Part shown: one piece after another, positions 34,093 to 49,409 of the stretch
Position numbering within the stretch: position 1 is the first letter of the stretch
Layout of the letters: each line of letters starts with the position of its first letter
DNA from: the human T2T-CHM13v2.0 reference genome, Homo sapiens
Assembly: GCF_009914755.1 (NCBI RefSeq)
Contig: NC_060940.1
Length of the DNA stretch: 64,000 nt
Direction: 5' to 3' (one strand)
Position numbers and translations under genes: made by a program
The notes under the pieces: generated by a model
Databases searched by the model: none
The model's input: the letters and a program-made list of their open reading frames with translations, nothing else
What the model was told of the DNA's origin: nothing

Positions 34093-37000
34093 TTCCTTTC
34101 TTCTAAAAAGTTGATGTTACTGAGAATCCTGTTCTCACCTAAATTAGATCCCAAAGCCTGCCAGACAGATTTTAAGAAGTAAAAAAGACAAAACTTACTA
34201 AGTAATCAGAGACTTACAAACCTTAATAGGGCTTTGCAAGACACGATGATCTTTCATACAATTATAAATTTAGATAATTCCTCAAGCGTGTGTTACTTAA
34301 TGAATGGCAACAATTTCTGCTATTAAAGAAAATATATTTAAAGGATTTGTAGAATACATGTTATTTTCTTAATACACCTAAAGTCTATTATGTAAATTCA
34401 CAGTAGATTTTCTGAAACACACATTATTTACCCAATAGATTAGGTGTTTAGTGAAGAAGGTATTACAGACTATTGGATAAACAGATATTTAAACCATTTT
34501 CAATCAATTATTTAAAACACATGCCATTAAAAGTTTATTAGCGTGATTATTTTTAAAGAAATACCACTAAGCTTATTAAAGCAATCAAGGTTCTAGGGAA
34601 ATAATTAAAATGTAACAATAAGTAAACAATTTGAATTCCAATACATGTAAGGATCACATCACAAGTGCAAGATGTACTTTTATTTTTTTAGTAACTCAAA
34701 TGTTTAATCTCTCTCCTCAAAACACCAGCTGAATTGGCCTTATTGTGAGCAACATCTTTGGTCAAAATTAGTTTTCTAAAATTGCTGATTTCATACCAAA
34801 AGCTTGTGAAAGGTCTTTTTTTTAAGCAAAGGACTCTGTTCTTTTAAACTTGCCCTTATTTATTTCACAACAGAATAACGAGTTTTATTCTGCAGCTTCT
34901 CTTCTGGTTTGTGTGTTCATATAGATCAGATCCCATACTACACCCAAGGGAGATGCAGAAGTTTAAATGGAAAGGAAAATAATGAACAAATACCAGAGGT
35001 CCACCTTCATGAGCATAAGCCTCGACAATAAATAAGCAAAACAAAGTCATCTGTTATTTGAAAATAAATAAATCAAGTGATGTTGGTTTTCTTGTCGTTA
35101 TTGTTATTATAAGACAGTATTCCTTCAATTTCAGTAGCTTTTAAGCAAACTGGCAAATGTTTCTAAATGTATTTGCAAACATTAACAACACAAACAAAAG
35201 ATTTTAATTATATTGTTTAAAGTCTTCAAAAATGTCCTAGACATAAAACTCAAAATTCCTGTACCATGTTTTACCCTCAAAAGAAAATAAGAGTTAAATT
35301 AGAAAATCATGAAACAGAGGATTGATAATGAAAATGCCCACAGAAGGCAGGCTGCAATTGTTCTGCCACTGTAATACAATCTCTTCCAGAATAATTTTTC
35401 TTTTTATTATTTCATTAAGTTGTATCTCACTAAAGTTCCTCTTAGGATCTCTTGGCAGCACCAAATTTTTCATTGAGAAAACGATAAATCACTGGCCTAA
35501 ATTACAATTTAATTATAAACGCCTTTGCCTTCTAATGCTGCCTGGGACCTTTTACCCTGCTACATAATTCTAAAAAATGACCCCTGTCATAATTTCCTTC
35601 ACTAGAATAATATGGAGAGATCTAATCCTGAATCCTGCTGTCTTATAATTTAATATAAGAGGTAATTATTATTCAAAAGATAATGTTGCAGATATTGAAA
35701 ATATTCTGAAGTTTGAGTCATAAAAAAAAAAGCAGAAGAAATCTTAAGTATGTGGGCGATTTCTATCACTGCACCCGTAAAAAAAGCAAGGAGAAGAGAA
35801 GCAAAAGGGTTTTTAATGAAAAAATATTAGAATCTATACACAGCTGATGTTTTGTACTGTGTGAAATGCATTTATATAGTCTTCAAACCATGGTTAGAAA
35901 TGAAATGCCTCATTTCCCAAATCAAGGAGGTGGAGAGTGCAGCGTTGCCGTGAGCAGCAATTTCTTTAAGTTCAGAGTCTGCTTTAGTACTATGGGTAAT
36001 AACAACCGCACCCCCCACCCTCCCCGTTCACACTCACTATGGGAGAATTTGGGTGGCAAAAGACTGCCATAGCAAAAGGGGAGGATAGACCCAAGTGACC
36101 AAGTAGAAAAGTCCTGAGCTGAAACGTAAGGACACAGCAAAGAGAAGGGGCTGCCTGGGGGCTGCAGGTGTGGGGACATTTGATTGGCAGCATCAGCACA
36201 GCCCAGATGGGACACACGGCAGACAATCCTGACCTCCCCAGCAGTGTTTCAGAACTGTGATGAGTGGCGGTGTTTTCTTCCAGGATTCACAGACAGGTAA
36301 ACAAGAGCAAAGAACAGGTCCCTGTAGGTTTGTGGAACCTTCCTCGAAACTGACATACTCTTTAAGCCCAAATGAAGGGGAATAAAAATCGCATGAGATT
36401 AGTGCCCCGAAATATCACCTGTGCAGTTATCGGCCCCTCCACAATGAGCTGGCCACAGCACAGGTGAAAAGTCTGTGGGATTGGTGGAGGATTCCTCGTT
36501 ATATGTGGCCTGAAAAGATGAGACAGCGCAGAATTCAGGGGTTGGGTCCCATAGATGATTATAAGGTAGGACTTCAGTGGAAAATTCAATTGAATTTTCT
36601 AATACCTATACAAAAAGAGGGGAAGACAAAGAGTTTCTTTTAAATTACAGATGTTCTTGAGATCATGTATCTAAGAGCTAATTCCACTGTGCCGAACTGT
36701 ATGAAATAAAGAGAGTCCCCTTTCACCTTGTTTCCACCAAAAAATTCAAGTGATGGTGAAATGAACCTCATAACTACCTAATGGTGTCGGTATAATTATG
36801 GAAGGAACACTTCCATGGCTCAGTAGAGGCAGCGATGATAGCGATGGTGGTGATAGTGAAAGAGGAGAAAGAGCTGAGAGCAAACAGAAAACAAAAAAGT
36901 GATTCAAATGGAATGATACCTCTTGCCATCCAATCTTAGACTAGTCAGCAATCCCCTATGCAGCTCAATAAACATCAAACTAAACAGTAATGCAGAGGCT

Positions 37001-37937
37001 GCTTTCCTGCCTCTTTTGTTTTGCTTTGTTTTGTTTTTGCTTTGGGAGCAGTTCGTTTAAGATGTAATAAATTGGAAGGGTGCCTCCCCCTCCCACTCCT
37101 TATCCCTCCATAAATCTCAGGACAGTACAAATGAGGTATGTCTCATTATGGACAGAAAGAAAGGGCCTCCCTAGGCAGGGACATCCATGACTACCATTAA
37201 AACAATCATTAAAAATAACAACCCACCTAAAGAAAAAAATGAGTCATTTTTAAAAGGATATATATTAATTAGCCAATAATATTAAAAAATAGGTTTGGTT
37301 GGTTCAAATAGGAATTGAATTCTACAATGCAAGAGAAAGCCAAAAAAAAAAAATTGATGTGGGAAGGGGAAGGTTTATAGGATGAAGGTCTATAATTTCC
37401 TACAGCACCAGCAGAGAGAGTCATGAAACGGTACCCATAACGAACCAGTAATAAAGAAGTGTGCAGAGATCGGTAGACTGTGCCTACCTGAATCATTTCA
37501 TGAGTAAGAAAGATTTAAGAGTCCCGGGAGGTGCCTGGCAGACACTGGACTGGACTTTGCAATAACTAAACAAAAGTACATTAAGGTGGACACACAGGTA
37601 GATGGATAGGAAAGCACAGACAGGCAATCTTCAGGTTTAAGATGCACTAACAGTTTTCTGCTTCACTGTGGTACGTTTTTGAGGGATCCGAGTCGTAACG
37701 AGGCCTGCTGAGTGTGTTAAAAGTAGGGGAATAAAAAGCAAGGTGAAAGAGGGCATTAGGGGGCCCTGTCAACCAAGCCAGTTCTATCTGTGTGGCTAAC
37801 TCTCATCACGCCCACCTATACTTCAAATTACTTAGCAGTATTAACATCAGATTGCAAAGTGTAGACATCTGTAGATGTGAACTACGTACAAATTTGTCTC
37901 CTAGTAGCAGTCACAAAGAAATGGAAATTACGCAATT

Positions 37938-37979
37938 TCAGACAAGATTGGGCACGTTCAGGGTGGTATGGCCGTAAAC
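37938..37979 (-). pseudogene. Tailless 5S rRNA retropseudogene (5S nt 1-42)
   Basis: Reverse complement GTTTACGGCCATACCACCCTGAACGTGCCCAATCTTGTCTGA matches the 5S 5' end GTCTACGGCCATACCACCCTGAACGCGCCCGATCTCGTCTGA at 38/42; 19-bp flanking direct repeats. Confidence 0.93.
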
Positions 37980-38469
37980 AGAAATTATACAATTTCAGAT
38001 TGAACAATTCCAGACTGAAAGAGTGAGCACTCTTTGGTCACTTCTACCACATGAATCCCAGTATTAAATAAATACATAAACATCCACCGTTATTAAGTGA
38101 CTTTCTCCCTGCAACAGTAAGGTTGGAGGGATTAGAAGTCATAGTTCCTGAAGAACGAACCATCATTTGTTCACCATGCAACTGTTCTTCAGGGAATGAA
38201 CAAGAAATTGCTCTTACAGAGCACCTCAAACACAGAAGAAAGAAAATGCAAGATTAAAAAATAAAATGAGGTTGGACATTTTAAATCGTTTTAAAGTCAT
38301 TATGGCAACACTTCATAGAGAGAAGCTACTCGCTGGCTAATTTCCAGCATGTTACCCAGACAGCCGCACTGTACTGCACATAAGACACTGCTACCAATGG
38401 GCTCACGTATGTCTGTTGTTCCTGCCTTGTCATTTACCCTTAAGAGAAAGAGGAACCATTCTTATTATT

Positions 38470-38744
38470 TGTCTTAATTTTGGTTGTTCCAGAAGCAGAT
38501 CTAGGAACAAGGACTTAATTGTAAGTAGTTTATTTTAGGATGATCCAAGAATTCCTGGTAAGGAAGTGGGAGAGTGAGCCAGAGGAGCCGGGGTATAGCC
38601 AAGAATGATTTGTGATCAAGCCAGTTACCACTAGAGGAAACTGAACTTCACTCCTGCTAGGGAGCTCTGGGAGCCAGTGTAGAATTGCATCTCCAAGCTG
38701 TCCCACCTGAGAGGTGAGGAAGCTCAAGTACTTATTTACTGATT
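38470..38744 (-). mobile_element. MLT1J/K-type MaLR LTR fragment
   Basis: tgtctta...ccagaagcaga...aacaaggact...gtaagtagtttatttt. Confidence 0.65.
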
Positions 38745-39143
38745 CAGTATTGTGCTGGCAACGGGTTCTCCAGTAGGAGGTCAAGGGAGCCCTGATTTGT
38801 AGCATTTGCCAATGACCATGGTGTAAATACTCCCACCATGGCTGATTTCAACCCAGCAACATAACATCATTGAGTATGGAGTTGGGAAGAGAAGTGTAAA
38901 CACCATTCAATAGTATTTCCGACTCACAAAAGACGTAACCTCAAGACAAGAGCATACAGAATAGTAAAATGTAGTAAAATAATTACAAAGTGATTATTAT
39001 CTTTGCTTTTAATATAATTTAATTATAAATGTGTGTCACTTAATGTTTAATAATGGCCGTGTTTAGCAACCAATATGCAAAATTCCTGAAAATGTAGCAA
39101 TCAGAGCATGCAAGCCAGTAAGAGCTGGCTCCAACCCATCATT
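38745..39143 (-). mobile_element. MER63-type hAT DNA transposon
   Basis: gccctgatttgtagcatttgccaat; ggtgtaaatactcccaccatggctgatttcaa; gagttgggaagaga; gagctggctcca. Confidence 0.75.
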
Positions 39144-39828
39144 ACACAGATTCGCCTCAGTCACTGGTTGCAGGAGTCTCCCAATGCGGGGGTTCAATCC
39201 CTGGCACTTCTGGTCCAGGGTGAGAGGGTGAGAGCAGCAAAGTAAACCCCAAAGGCCAGATAAAGCAGGAGCTGGCCATTGGACCTTGGGCCAGTATACT
39301 CTGATGCTGCAAAGGCGAGAAGAAATGGATAAGCCCCAACAGAATTTGCTACTGCCTTCAATTCCTGAGTGGCCATATTTCCTATAAGGCCTTGAAATAT
39401 TTCCATATTGTTTTCTGTGGTGTTGCATCTTCTCACCCGGAGCAACTGAGTCCTTAGCTAGACATGCATTTCCTCCACGTTTATTAAGTTCTAAACCCAT
39501 ACTCACTGAGTTGCCCTGCCCTGTGCTTTAACATTGAGTGTGATCCAAACAATTCCATCCACTCTCTTCTCTCCACTCCACAAATCATTACTCTTTCTAT
39601 CTTCCCTGTTTTTGCTGAAGAATTAATGTTTTCCTAGTAAGCCTGCCTCAGAATCCCTGATTTCCAACCCTCATGGACCCATATCCAATTTATGGCCCTA
39701 TACATTCAGCCTCAGATAGGTTCCTCTCAATTTTTTGCCACAGTTCCTCTGACACTGTAATGGTCCGACTCTTGTTATACCTCACAGAGACTCTTGTAAG
39801 GGCCTCCTGAGTGGATTCACAGCTTCTA

Positions 39829-40327
<499 letters not shown>

Positions 40328-41285
40328 AAATCATTTCTGATCATTTCTGGAATCATCTTTCATCCATGGCCCTGAAGAGCATCACAGGGGCTACTGCGGA
40401 GAAACCTTGAGATAATATTCAAGGCTCTCCGTGGTGTAGCCCAATCTCTCATCACAGCCCTTCCCACCTATTCGCCTTCATGCCCCAGAAGATCTGATGA
40501 ACTAAACTTGCTGGTCCCATAACAGTCTAGAGCTTTTCTGCCTCTGTGTCTTTGCCAAAGATGTTTTCTTTATGAGAAACATAGTTCCCCATCCTTCAAA
40601 AGCCATCTCCTATGCCAATTTTTCAGTGTATCATCTTCCGTTCCCCCACCCTCCACCCAGAACCCTGCTTCAATGAGCAAACTGCTTTGTCACACAGCCT
40701 CCTCTGCATTGCTTATTATGACTGCTCCATGAGCTACTTGTCTTCTGCTATTCTTACTTTAACGATTTCTTTCTCCTTTAGGGCCCTGGCAGTGTATTGC
40801 ACACAGTAGGAGTTTAATATTTGTTGAATCAATGTTTTGTGTTTTTAAATCAAATAAGCTGGATAAAACTAAATTAGGAGTTAACAAGCTAATTGAGCAG
40901 CCAGTATACTTTATTACATAACTCACTATGTCTTGAATTCATCAAAGATTTTTAAATATTTAATTCAACTTATTTGAAGTCATCAGCCAATTTTTACAAG
41001 TCCCTTTCTGGCTAACTTCCTCAGTATTTGCTCTTTCCCTGTGATTTAAGCTGAAACCACTCTCCAGCCAGGGTAACCCCTTTACTTGGAGCCAAGCAAA
41101 ACATGTCTACCCATAGTCTGAGGGAATGATGGTAAATTTACTTAGAAAACAGGCCTTCAGAATAGACTACATAGTTCAAGTCTTAAACATATCAACATGG
41201 GTATATTTTTAAAATGTAATGAGGACTGAAAAAAGCAAGTTGTGGATGGAGACCTAGATTATGATAACATTTATGTAACATTAAG

Positions 41286-41611
41286 TAGGGACATGGATGA
41301 AGCTGGAAACCATCATTCTCAGCAAACTATCTCAAGGACAAAAAACCAAGCACCGCATGTTCTCACTCATAGGTGGGAACTGAACAATGAGAACACAGGG
41401 ACACAGGAAGGGGAACATCACACACCGGGGACTATTGTGGGGTGGGGGGAGGGGGGAGGGATAGCATTAGGAGATATACCTAATGCTAAATGACAAGTTA
41501 ATGGGTGCAGCACACCAACATGGCACATGTGTACATATGTGACAAACCTGCACGTTGTGCACATGTACCCTAAAACTTAAAGTATAATAATAATAAAATT
41601 TAAAAAAAAAA
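41286..41611 (+). mobile_element. Young L1PA (about PA3-PA4) 3' end inside an older L1M fragment
   Basis: gggacatggatgaagctggaaaccatcattctcagcaaacta; G-rich tract; cacatgtaccctaaaacttaaagtataataa plus A tail. Confidence 0.93.
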
Positions 41612-42444
41612 ACAGCAGAAACAAAACTACATGCCATTTAAAGTGGCAAACATGGGCAAGAAAAAAAAGTGGAGAATGATAAATAGCAGATTCAGAAGAA
41701 GGATTAATTCTTGGGAGACGGAGGAGCGGGGAGGAAGGAACTGAGAGCTTGAAGAGGCACACACAGGAGATTTCCAATGGACTTGAAACTTTTTATATTA
41801 TAGAAAAAAATGGTCTGAAACAACTGTGGCAAAATATTCAGATTTGGCAGAGCTGGGTGGTAGAGATAGATGTTAATCCCTGTGGTTTTTGTGGTACATT
41901 TGAAATGTTTCATAATTTGGGTGTGGTGGGGGGGGGGAAGTATTTACAATTATTGGAAGAATTCCCAAATGGTTGTGCATGAGATTTGTAACTTAGCAAA
42001 CAACCCTTGAGTGACCATATGGCAAGACACAGAAAGTAGAATTACTGGAGAAATCATTGAAGTCTCCGTTTTATCAATACTTTTTGATCTTTTAATCTTA
42101 CTAAATTGATGACAATCATCTATTTTTAGTTGATTATTCAATATTCACTTTAACTAAATCACTCACTTCTCAATTAAGAATACACAGCTGATGTAAAACA
42201 AAAGCAACAAAAACTCAGTGAATTGGAAGGTTAATAACATAAATCCCAAATGATGTTGTATGACACAGGTTCATTAAAGGAAATCTATTACTCCAGAAAT
42301 AATTACTGGGGGTAAAAGAAATATTTCTCACAAACTCTTCATCTATAGCTTGGTCTTGGCCCAAGAAGAATGTTCTAGTTCATTCTCCTAAGTAGTAGGA
42401 TTACCATCAGAACTGTTATCACATTCCATTCCCTCAGTGGAATT

Positions 42445-42898
42445 ATAATAAGAAATAAGGAATATTTTTCCTCTACCCTCTGAGAATTCTGTAATTGAAT
42501 CAATAAAATAAACTCATAACAGGCAGATGAATAGGAGAAGAGGTATACAGATTTATCATGTGCATGGGGGCAGGACAGAAAAAAAAAGTGAATACCCCTA
42601 AACACAGTGAGATCTAGAAGCTTATTTATCCTCTTTGTAGGGGACAGGAGCGGGGGATGTAGGTAACTTAGGAGAGAGGAAATCTGGGAAAAGATGAATG
42701 GGCTCTCGGAAGAATAGGAGAAAGAGCATAACAAAGTCTGCCTGGACATGGCGCTCACTTTCCGTCTCCTCTCCCATGATACGTATTTATCTTCCCTCGT
42801 TGATGAGGTGCCTGGGGAGGGAATCCATGACAATTACTTTCCTTTGGAGGATCTGTAAAGCGGCATATTTTGGGGTGGCATTTCCTGACCTTCTTCGG
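42445..42898 (-). mobile_element. ERV1-class LTR (MER34/MER39-like)
   Basis: Ends ggcatattttggggtggcatttcctgacc, the reverse complement of the ATGCCACCCCAAAATATGCC start motif of this LTR group. Confidence 0.65.
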
Positions 42899-42929
42899 TA
42901 CCTATCTCCACAAGGTTGTTTTGGGTTAA

Positions 42930-44047
<1,118 letters not shown>

Positions 44048-47000
44048 ATTAAGAAATAAAAATTAAATAAATGAATGGATGCATTAAGCATTTAAATCAG
44101 AGCCTCCCATTTAGCTGTTATACTTATTAAAGATCTGTAAATGGTAACGATCATGTGGTCACTTTAAATGAGACTTAAAGGTTTTAGGAAAAAGCCACAG
44201 CCTCCCTCTTACCCATTTTTAACTATGTCCAAAGCCTGTAACAGAAGCTAATTTTCACTCCCAAATCTGTCTTTCTCAGATTCTATTCTTTCGCACCCGT
44301 AACTCCAGTAATTACCAAAACCAAAGTTCAGTCATCAACTGTTGTCCACACAGAAGTCGGGGAGAGGCTGCACCGCTTGAGTTTTTACCCCTTCCCTAAA
44401 ATAAAACTAGGCCACTGCAATGGGTGAGCTTCAGTTCTCTGAACCTCCATGGAATGTAGAGAGAGACCCACACCTGGCTTCCCACACTGACAAAGGTGGC
44501 TTTCCAGCAGGATCCGCCAGCACCTGCCTCCCGTTGTCTCTGGCCACAGGCTCACAGCCGCTGTGTCCTGCTCAGTAACTGGGCATCAAACAAGAATAAT
44601 TGACAGCTTCCCCCTCGACCCCCGGCCTCCCTTCTCGGAGCAGCAGTTTCCCAGGAGTCGCCTTGTACAACCTCACACACTTTATTACTGGTCAATTTGG
44701 GTTTCCTGCCCACTTTAAGTGGCCGTGCTGAGGGTCTCCAACTCTCTCTAGCCCTCACTGATCAATATTAACAGTCACTTCCACAGCATTTCCCTGCTAC
44801 TCAGCAAGGCCAGGGACTGGCTGTAAATTACTGCACAGCCTGGTCATTATACGGAAAGACGTGCTGTAATTCAAAAGTTAGAGCTAATTGTGAAAGGAAT
44901 TTCTTTCATGCTTTTCAGTACCCAAATCAAAGAAGACGAAAGAACACAGACCTTGTCCATTTGGGGGTTGTTTTATTTAACTGAAGGGTTTAACTGTATC
45001 CATTCCCTCTCCCCAAAATGCACTCTCTGTCTGATATTTATGTATATGGGTCTGATATTTCAAGTCCCCACACACAGATGGACCCTCTACTCTCCAGAGA
45101 GGTGGGCCAAAAAAAAACCATCCCGTGAAGTTTAAATTGTGCATTTATAGTCAACGCATTCTCGGTATAAGAAAATAAAAAGAAGTCAGGATTTAATAAT
45201 TATTGGCTGGGACTCCCATAGTAATATTTGTTTATGAGATAAAACTTAACAAGAAACGAACAGTGAGCCTTGTTATAAGCAAATAAGGCAGAGAGAGACT
45301 TTGTAAATGCAAATCTCTGAATCTGGCAAAATCACTGAATGGAAATGGCCCGCTGCTGGCAGTTGACTCCATATGTTGGAGGTGACAGAGCCAAGGGGTC
45401 ACCAAGAAGCAGTCTTCTGAAGTGGGGGTGCAGATATATGACTGAGGCAGACACCACTCAGCCAGAAAATCACACTGCACCTCTAGATTTGGAAGCAAAA
45501 CTGAAAGCAAGTACAGCAGACACAGAGAGAGGAGAAAAAATAAGAGGCTGATGGAAAGAAACAATAATTATTTTCAGACCCAAGAGGGCCTTTCCCCTCC
45601 AAAGATGGATTAGGTGTGTCACCTAGAGCCATCTCAGCTGGGCTGTTTTCCTGTTACCTTCCAAGTGTTGCCACAGGAGGCTCAGGAGAGAGCTCTCTCT
45701 CTGGCTGGAAGAGATCTCACAGCAAATCTATAAAGGGGCCCTCCAGCCCCACCTACAGCCCTTGAGGCCCTGGCCCTGGCCACACTCTCTGGGAAACCCT
45801 GAGCCCAAACAGCCCAGGCAGGAAAGAAGGGGAAGCAAAAGAAAGCAGGAATGCATCAATCACTTGAAATCATCGAGTCACTGAATAAACAACCATTCTG
45901 CTCTCTTTATACCTGTGGCTCATACGGAGGACGGAGAGATGAGGGAGGAATGGTGAGGTCTGGTCCTGAGCCTAAGAAAACCCCCGGTTCATCATGGGCC
46001 TTATTTTCCCCAGCTTTGTCGCCACCAAGTTTGTGAGGTTGAGCTTGTGCTCAACAAACCAGCTGCAGTTTTAAAAAAAAACGAAGGCCCGTGCCTGGGC
46101 AGAGATATCCCAGGCTGCCCTCTGCCACCAAGCTCTGCCTGCCTCCTCGTCAGATGTCCAAGCTGCCCTTCTTCCTTGGGGACAAAGGCTGTCCTCTCCT
46201 TGGGGCCTTCTCCTCAGTGGGTTATCAGGGAACATCTCAATTCAAACCCAGGCCTCTGAAATCTCTGACCCTTCCCCAGCCCCTGCCCAGGTTGCAGGCT
46301 AAAGTTATCCTTCTCGGGTGTAATTTTCTCCCAGTTTGCTCAGGGAGCACAAGCCCTGTGTGACTCTTGATTTGGAGGGACATGCCTACCTCTTATGAGC
46401 CTCTCAGTGCCCATTTGGCTTCTTTGAGCATGGGAATCTGGTGGCCAGAGCAAGGGCAGGTGGCCATGTCTGGAAGCAGCTGGCCTTCCTGAAGGACTTG
46501 CCCTCTTTTGTACTGTGGAGCATATTCTCTCCACAGTACAAAAGGAAACCAAGTCAGGGCTGAGAATCAGCATCAGTGTTCTGCAAAATCAGCTTCCTTC
46601 ACCCTAGGTATTTCTTTGTTTTCACCGTAAGAGGGGGGATATATAATCTTGGCTGCCCAGAAAACACAACATAAAGGACACCCCAGTTTGTGGCCCAGCA
46701 ATAGGCAATAACTTTGCCTCATGCTGGAGAGACTACAGGCCATTTGCGCTAGCTTGAGGTCCTATGTACATTGCAGGGTGGGCTGTCTGCTGATGGGGGC
46801 TCCGCATTGCTCAGAGCCCTGGACTTTCCCATATGCAGGAGCTGGCCCACCAGCCTGGTAATGGGCTGATCTCCAGCTCTGGAACCTGGAGTGGAATTAG
46901 ACACCAGCCACCCCATGCTCTCTTTTGTTTAGAAAAAGGAGAGAAAGAGAGAGAGAGTGAAAAATAAAATCCCCAATCGTTTAGTACAAGTCATTTTACA

Positions 47001-48168
47001 TGCTGGGATAATGAAGTATAAAAATGCCTTCAAAGAACTGATTTCCTACTTTTAACTCACTACCAGCCAAGCTTTTTGTGAGGCCTCTCCGGAACATGCA
47101 TTCCCGTCCCACTCAAACAAAAGAGCTGCGAATTCATTAAACTATTTAATTATGCCTTTTTATTTTTCTCCATTAGCAAGTCCTACCAGCACAAAGTAAA
47201 TAAAGCCACCGTGGTCTTTCCCCAGCAGACACACTGACTGTTTTTATTCTTTATTCAGTTTATAATATAAAGGGCTATTTTTCCTCCTCCTCCTATTCTT
47301 GGCGAGTTTCCTAGCACAAACCCTGCAAATAGAAGCACCCAACTGTCCATGCAATGCCTGAAGCTGGCGCAGCAGCATTCGGAATTGCAGGCACATACTC
47401 CAGACAGCTTTCAAAGTACCCGCAGCCAACGGCAGCCAAACAGCACTTTACAGCCAGGCACAGAAAAGATATTAGCTTTTTTTTTTTTTATATACTCTAG
47501 TAAATTTGCTTTTTACATCTATTTCTTTTCAGAAGGGCTTGTTATTGAGCTTACTGTCCACAAATTCCATTGATCTCAGGCTGTGACTCAATCCATATGC
47601 TCACGCTTTGACACCAGCACAGCAAGCGAGCGATACAAATCCTGTTCAGGCTACAAACTTATTGATTTTATAGATTTCCCCCAAAGTTGTGATAATGATA
47701 TATCATTGTTAAATTTGGTAGAACAAACTGCTTTCCCAATCTGTCAATGCGAGCATGAAAACCAATTCACAGCCTTGTTTAGAAGGCTTTCGCATCAGAA
47801 GAATAAGTACAGCCAGAGGAAGCAGATCACCGATACCCAGCGGCTGGCACCAGCTTGATGTATGATCCCTTCCTCACTGCCCTTTTCTGACCCGCGGCAC
47901 ACTGGGCTGCCAGACTCGTACTTACTGGCTACAATTATCCACAGTGATTCCTCCCTAGGATGCTCAGTATTAATTATTAACAACTGGGAGCATGCTGCTT
48001 GGGTGACCCACATCAGTAGGTTTTAAAAGACAATTTTGGTAATTTTCATACGCTATTCAGATGCAGTTGGATACATTAGGATCCTGGGCTTATTGACTTT
48101 AATAGGTCAATTTTTTTTTCCTGCAATTGTTCGCTCTCCCCCATCTTTAGGAAGCAAGGCAGCTGCTT

Positions 48169-48182
48169 CCAGCAGGGGGCAG
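48169..48182 (+). promoter_or_regulatory. Consensus CTCF core motif
   Basis: CCAGCAGGGGGCAG matches CCASYAGRKGGCRS with no mismatch, in unique sequence; occupancy unknown. Confidence 0.6.
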
Positions 48183-49409
48183 ATGTCAGACAACATTTCC
48201 CTTGGAAAGGACACATCTCCATTCCCAAGCACGGGTTAGGGGACTCCATTTGCCTCAACTTCAGATGCTTTCTCTATAGAGACTGGCTAGATCTGGGAGT
48301 CCTAGCAGCATGGTAGGATTCCACTAGCTTTATGTCTTCCTAAGGTATTTGTGTCCTCAAGTCTCCATCCAGCCCAGTGTCCTCCGAATCACCCCATCTC
48401 CCGATTCTCTTCCTGCCTGGGTATTCAAATGCTTTATGGCATGGAGACGTCTGCACGTGTGTGTTAACATTTCAACATGTGTGTTAGCATCTATTCCCAA
48501 CTTCCTGATCAGCTAGAACATGCTTTCCACCATTACTGTGTGGTTTCCTTGGGTCATGAAGACTACGATTATTTTTGATGTTTTCCAAAATATCCACTTC
48601 CCCTCCTTTCCAAAACTTTAGTCTTGGTGTAGTCTCCCTTTTGTCTCATCATCTGTTCCTTGCTGCTTTTCACTTTCCTGCTCAGAAATTCATACCAGCT
48701 CCTCTCACATGGTAATCTGTTAGTCCTGCTCCCGCTCATTTAAACAAAAACAGGTTAACAAAGCAACTGCAAACTATGCTAGAGTCTCATCTCCTCGGAT
48801 AAAGTCCGGGTCTCTCTCTCTCTGAGAATCGTTCATTGCCTTCTAAAAATGCTTCCTTTTTCTCTGCCCTCCCTACCCCCATGAAGTTGCAGCTACCTCT
48901 CATTTGAGCATATAGCATCTGCTCCCAATCTGCCTGCTCGGGTCAAGCTGGATGACTAGAAATTGTACTTGTGTCACATGATGGTTCTCGGCTAAAATTC
49001 TGACTGCCGGCATCCCTGCAGTTTCATTTCCCATCACGTGCCTGCTTGACCTCAACATGGGTTGAGACCTAGGTTTCTTAGAGCCTCATGCCCCACAGGA
49101 AATTGACCTCACTGAAGAGCATCAAAGTGAAGAGCATCCAAATGAAATCAAGCATGCTGGCATAGTATGGCTATGAACAGACCCAGTTGACCGTCTCATT
49201 CAATTACCACACGGACGTAGACTTGCGTATCTTCTTTAATGCCAACAATAATTTACATCCTTATAACAACTTCATGCTGGCAATGGATTTTCATATAACT
49301 TCCTCACAACCTGTGAGAGAGCTTATGGAGGTGTCACCATCCCATTTTATAGATGAAGACACTGAGGCCGAAACTTATGATCATCAAGTTAGCAAGTACC
49401 ACAGCTGGT

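Noticed and set aside
37690-37704. gagtcgtaacgagg resembles the SSU rRNA motif aagtcgtaacaagg
   Set aside because: Match is only about 12 nt and the flanks are unrelated; expected by chance.
39063-39506. 147-aa minus-strand ORF
   Set aside because: Non-ATG start, runs into MER63 sequence, and has no recognisable domain.
49113-49145. Short tandem tgaagagcatc duplication
   Set aside because: Two copies only; ordinary slippage.
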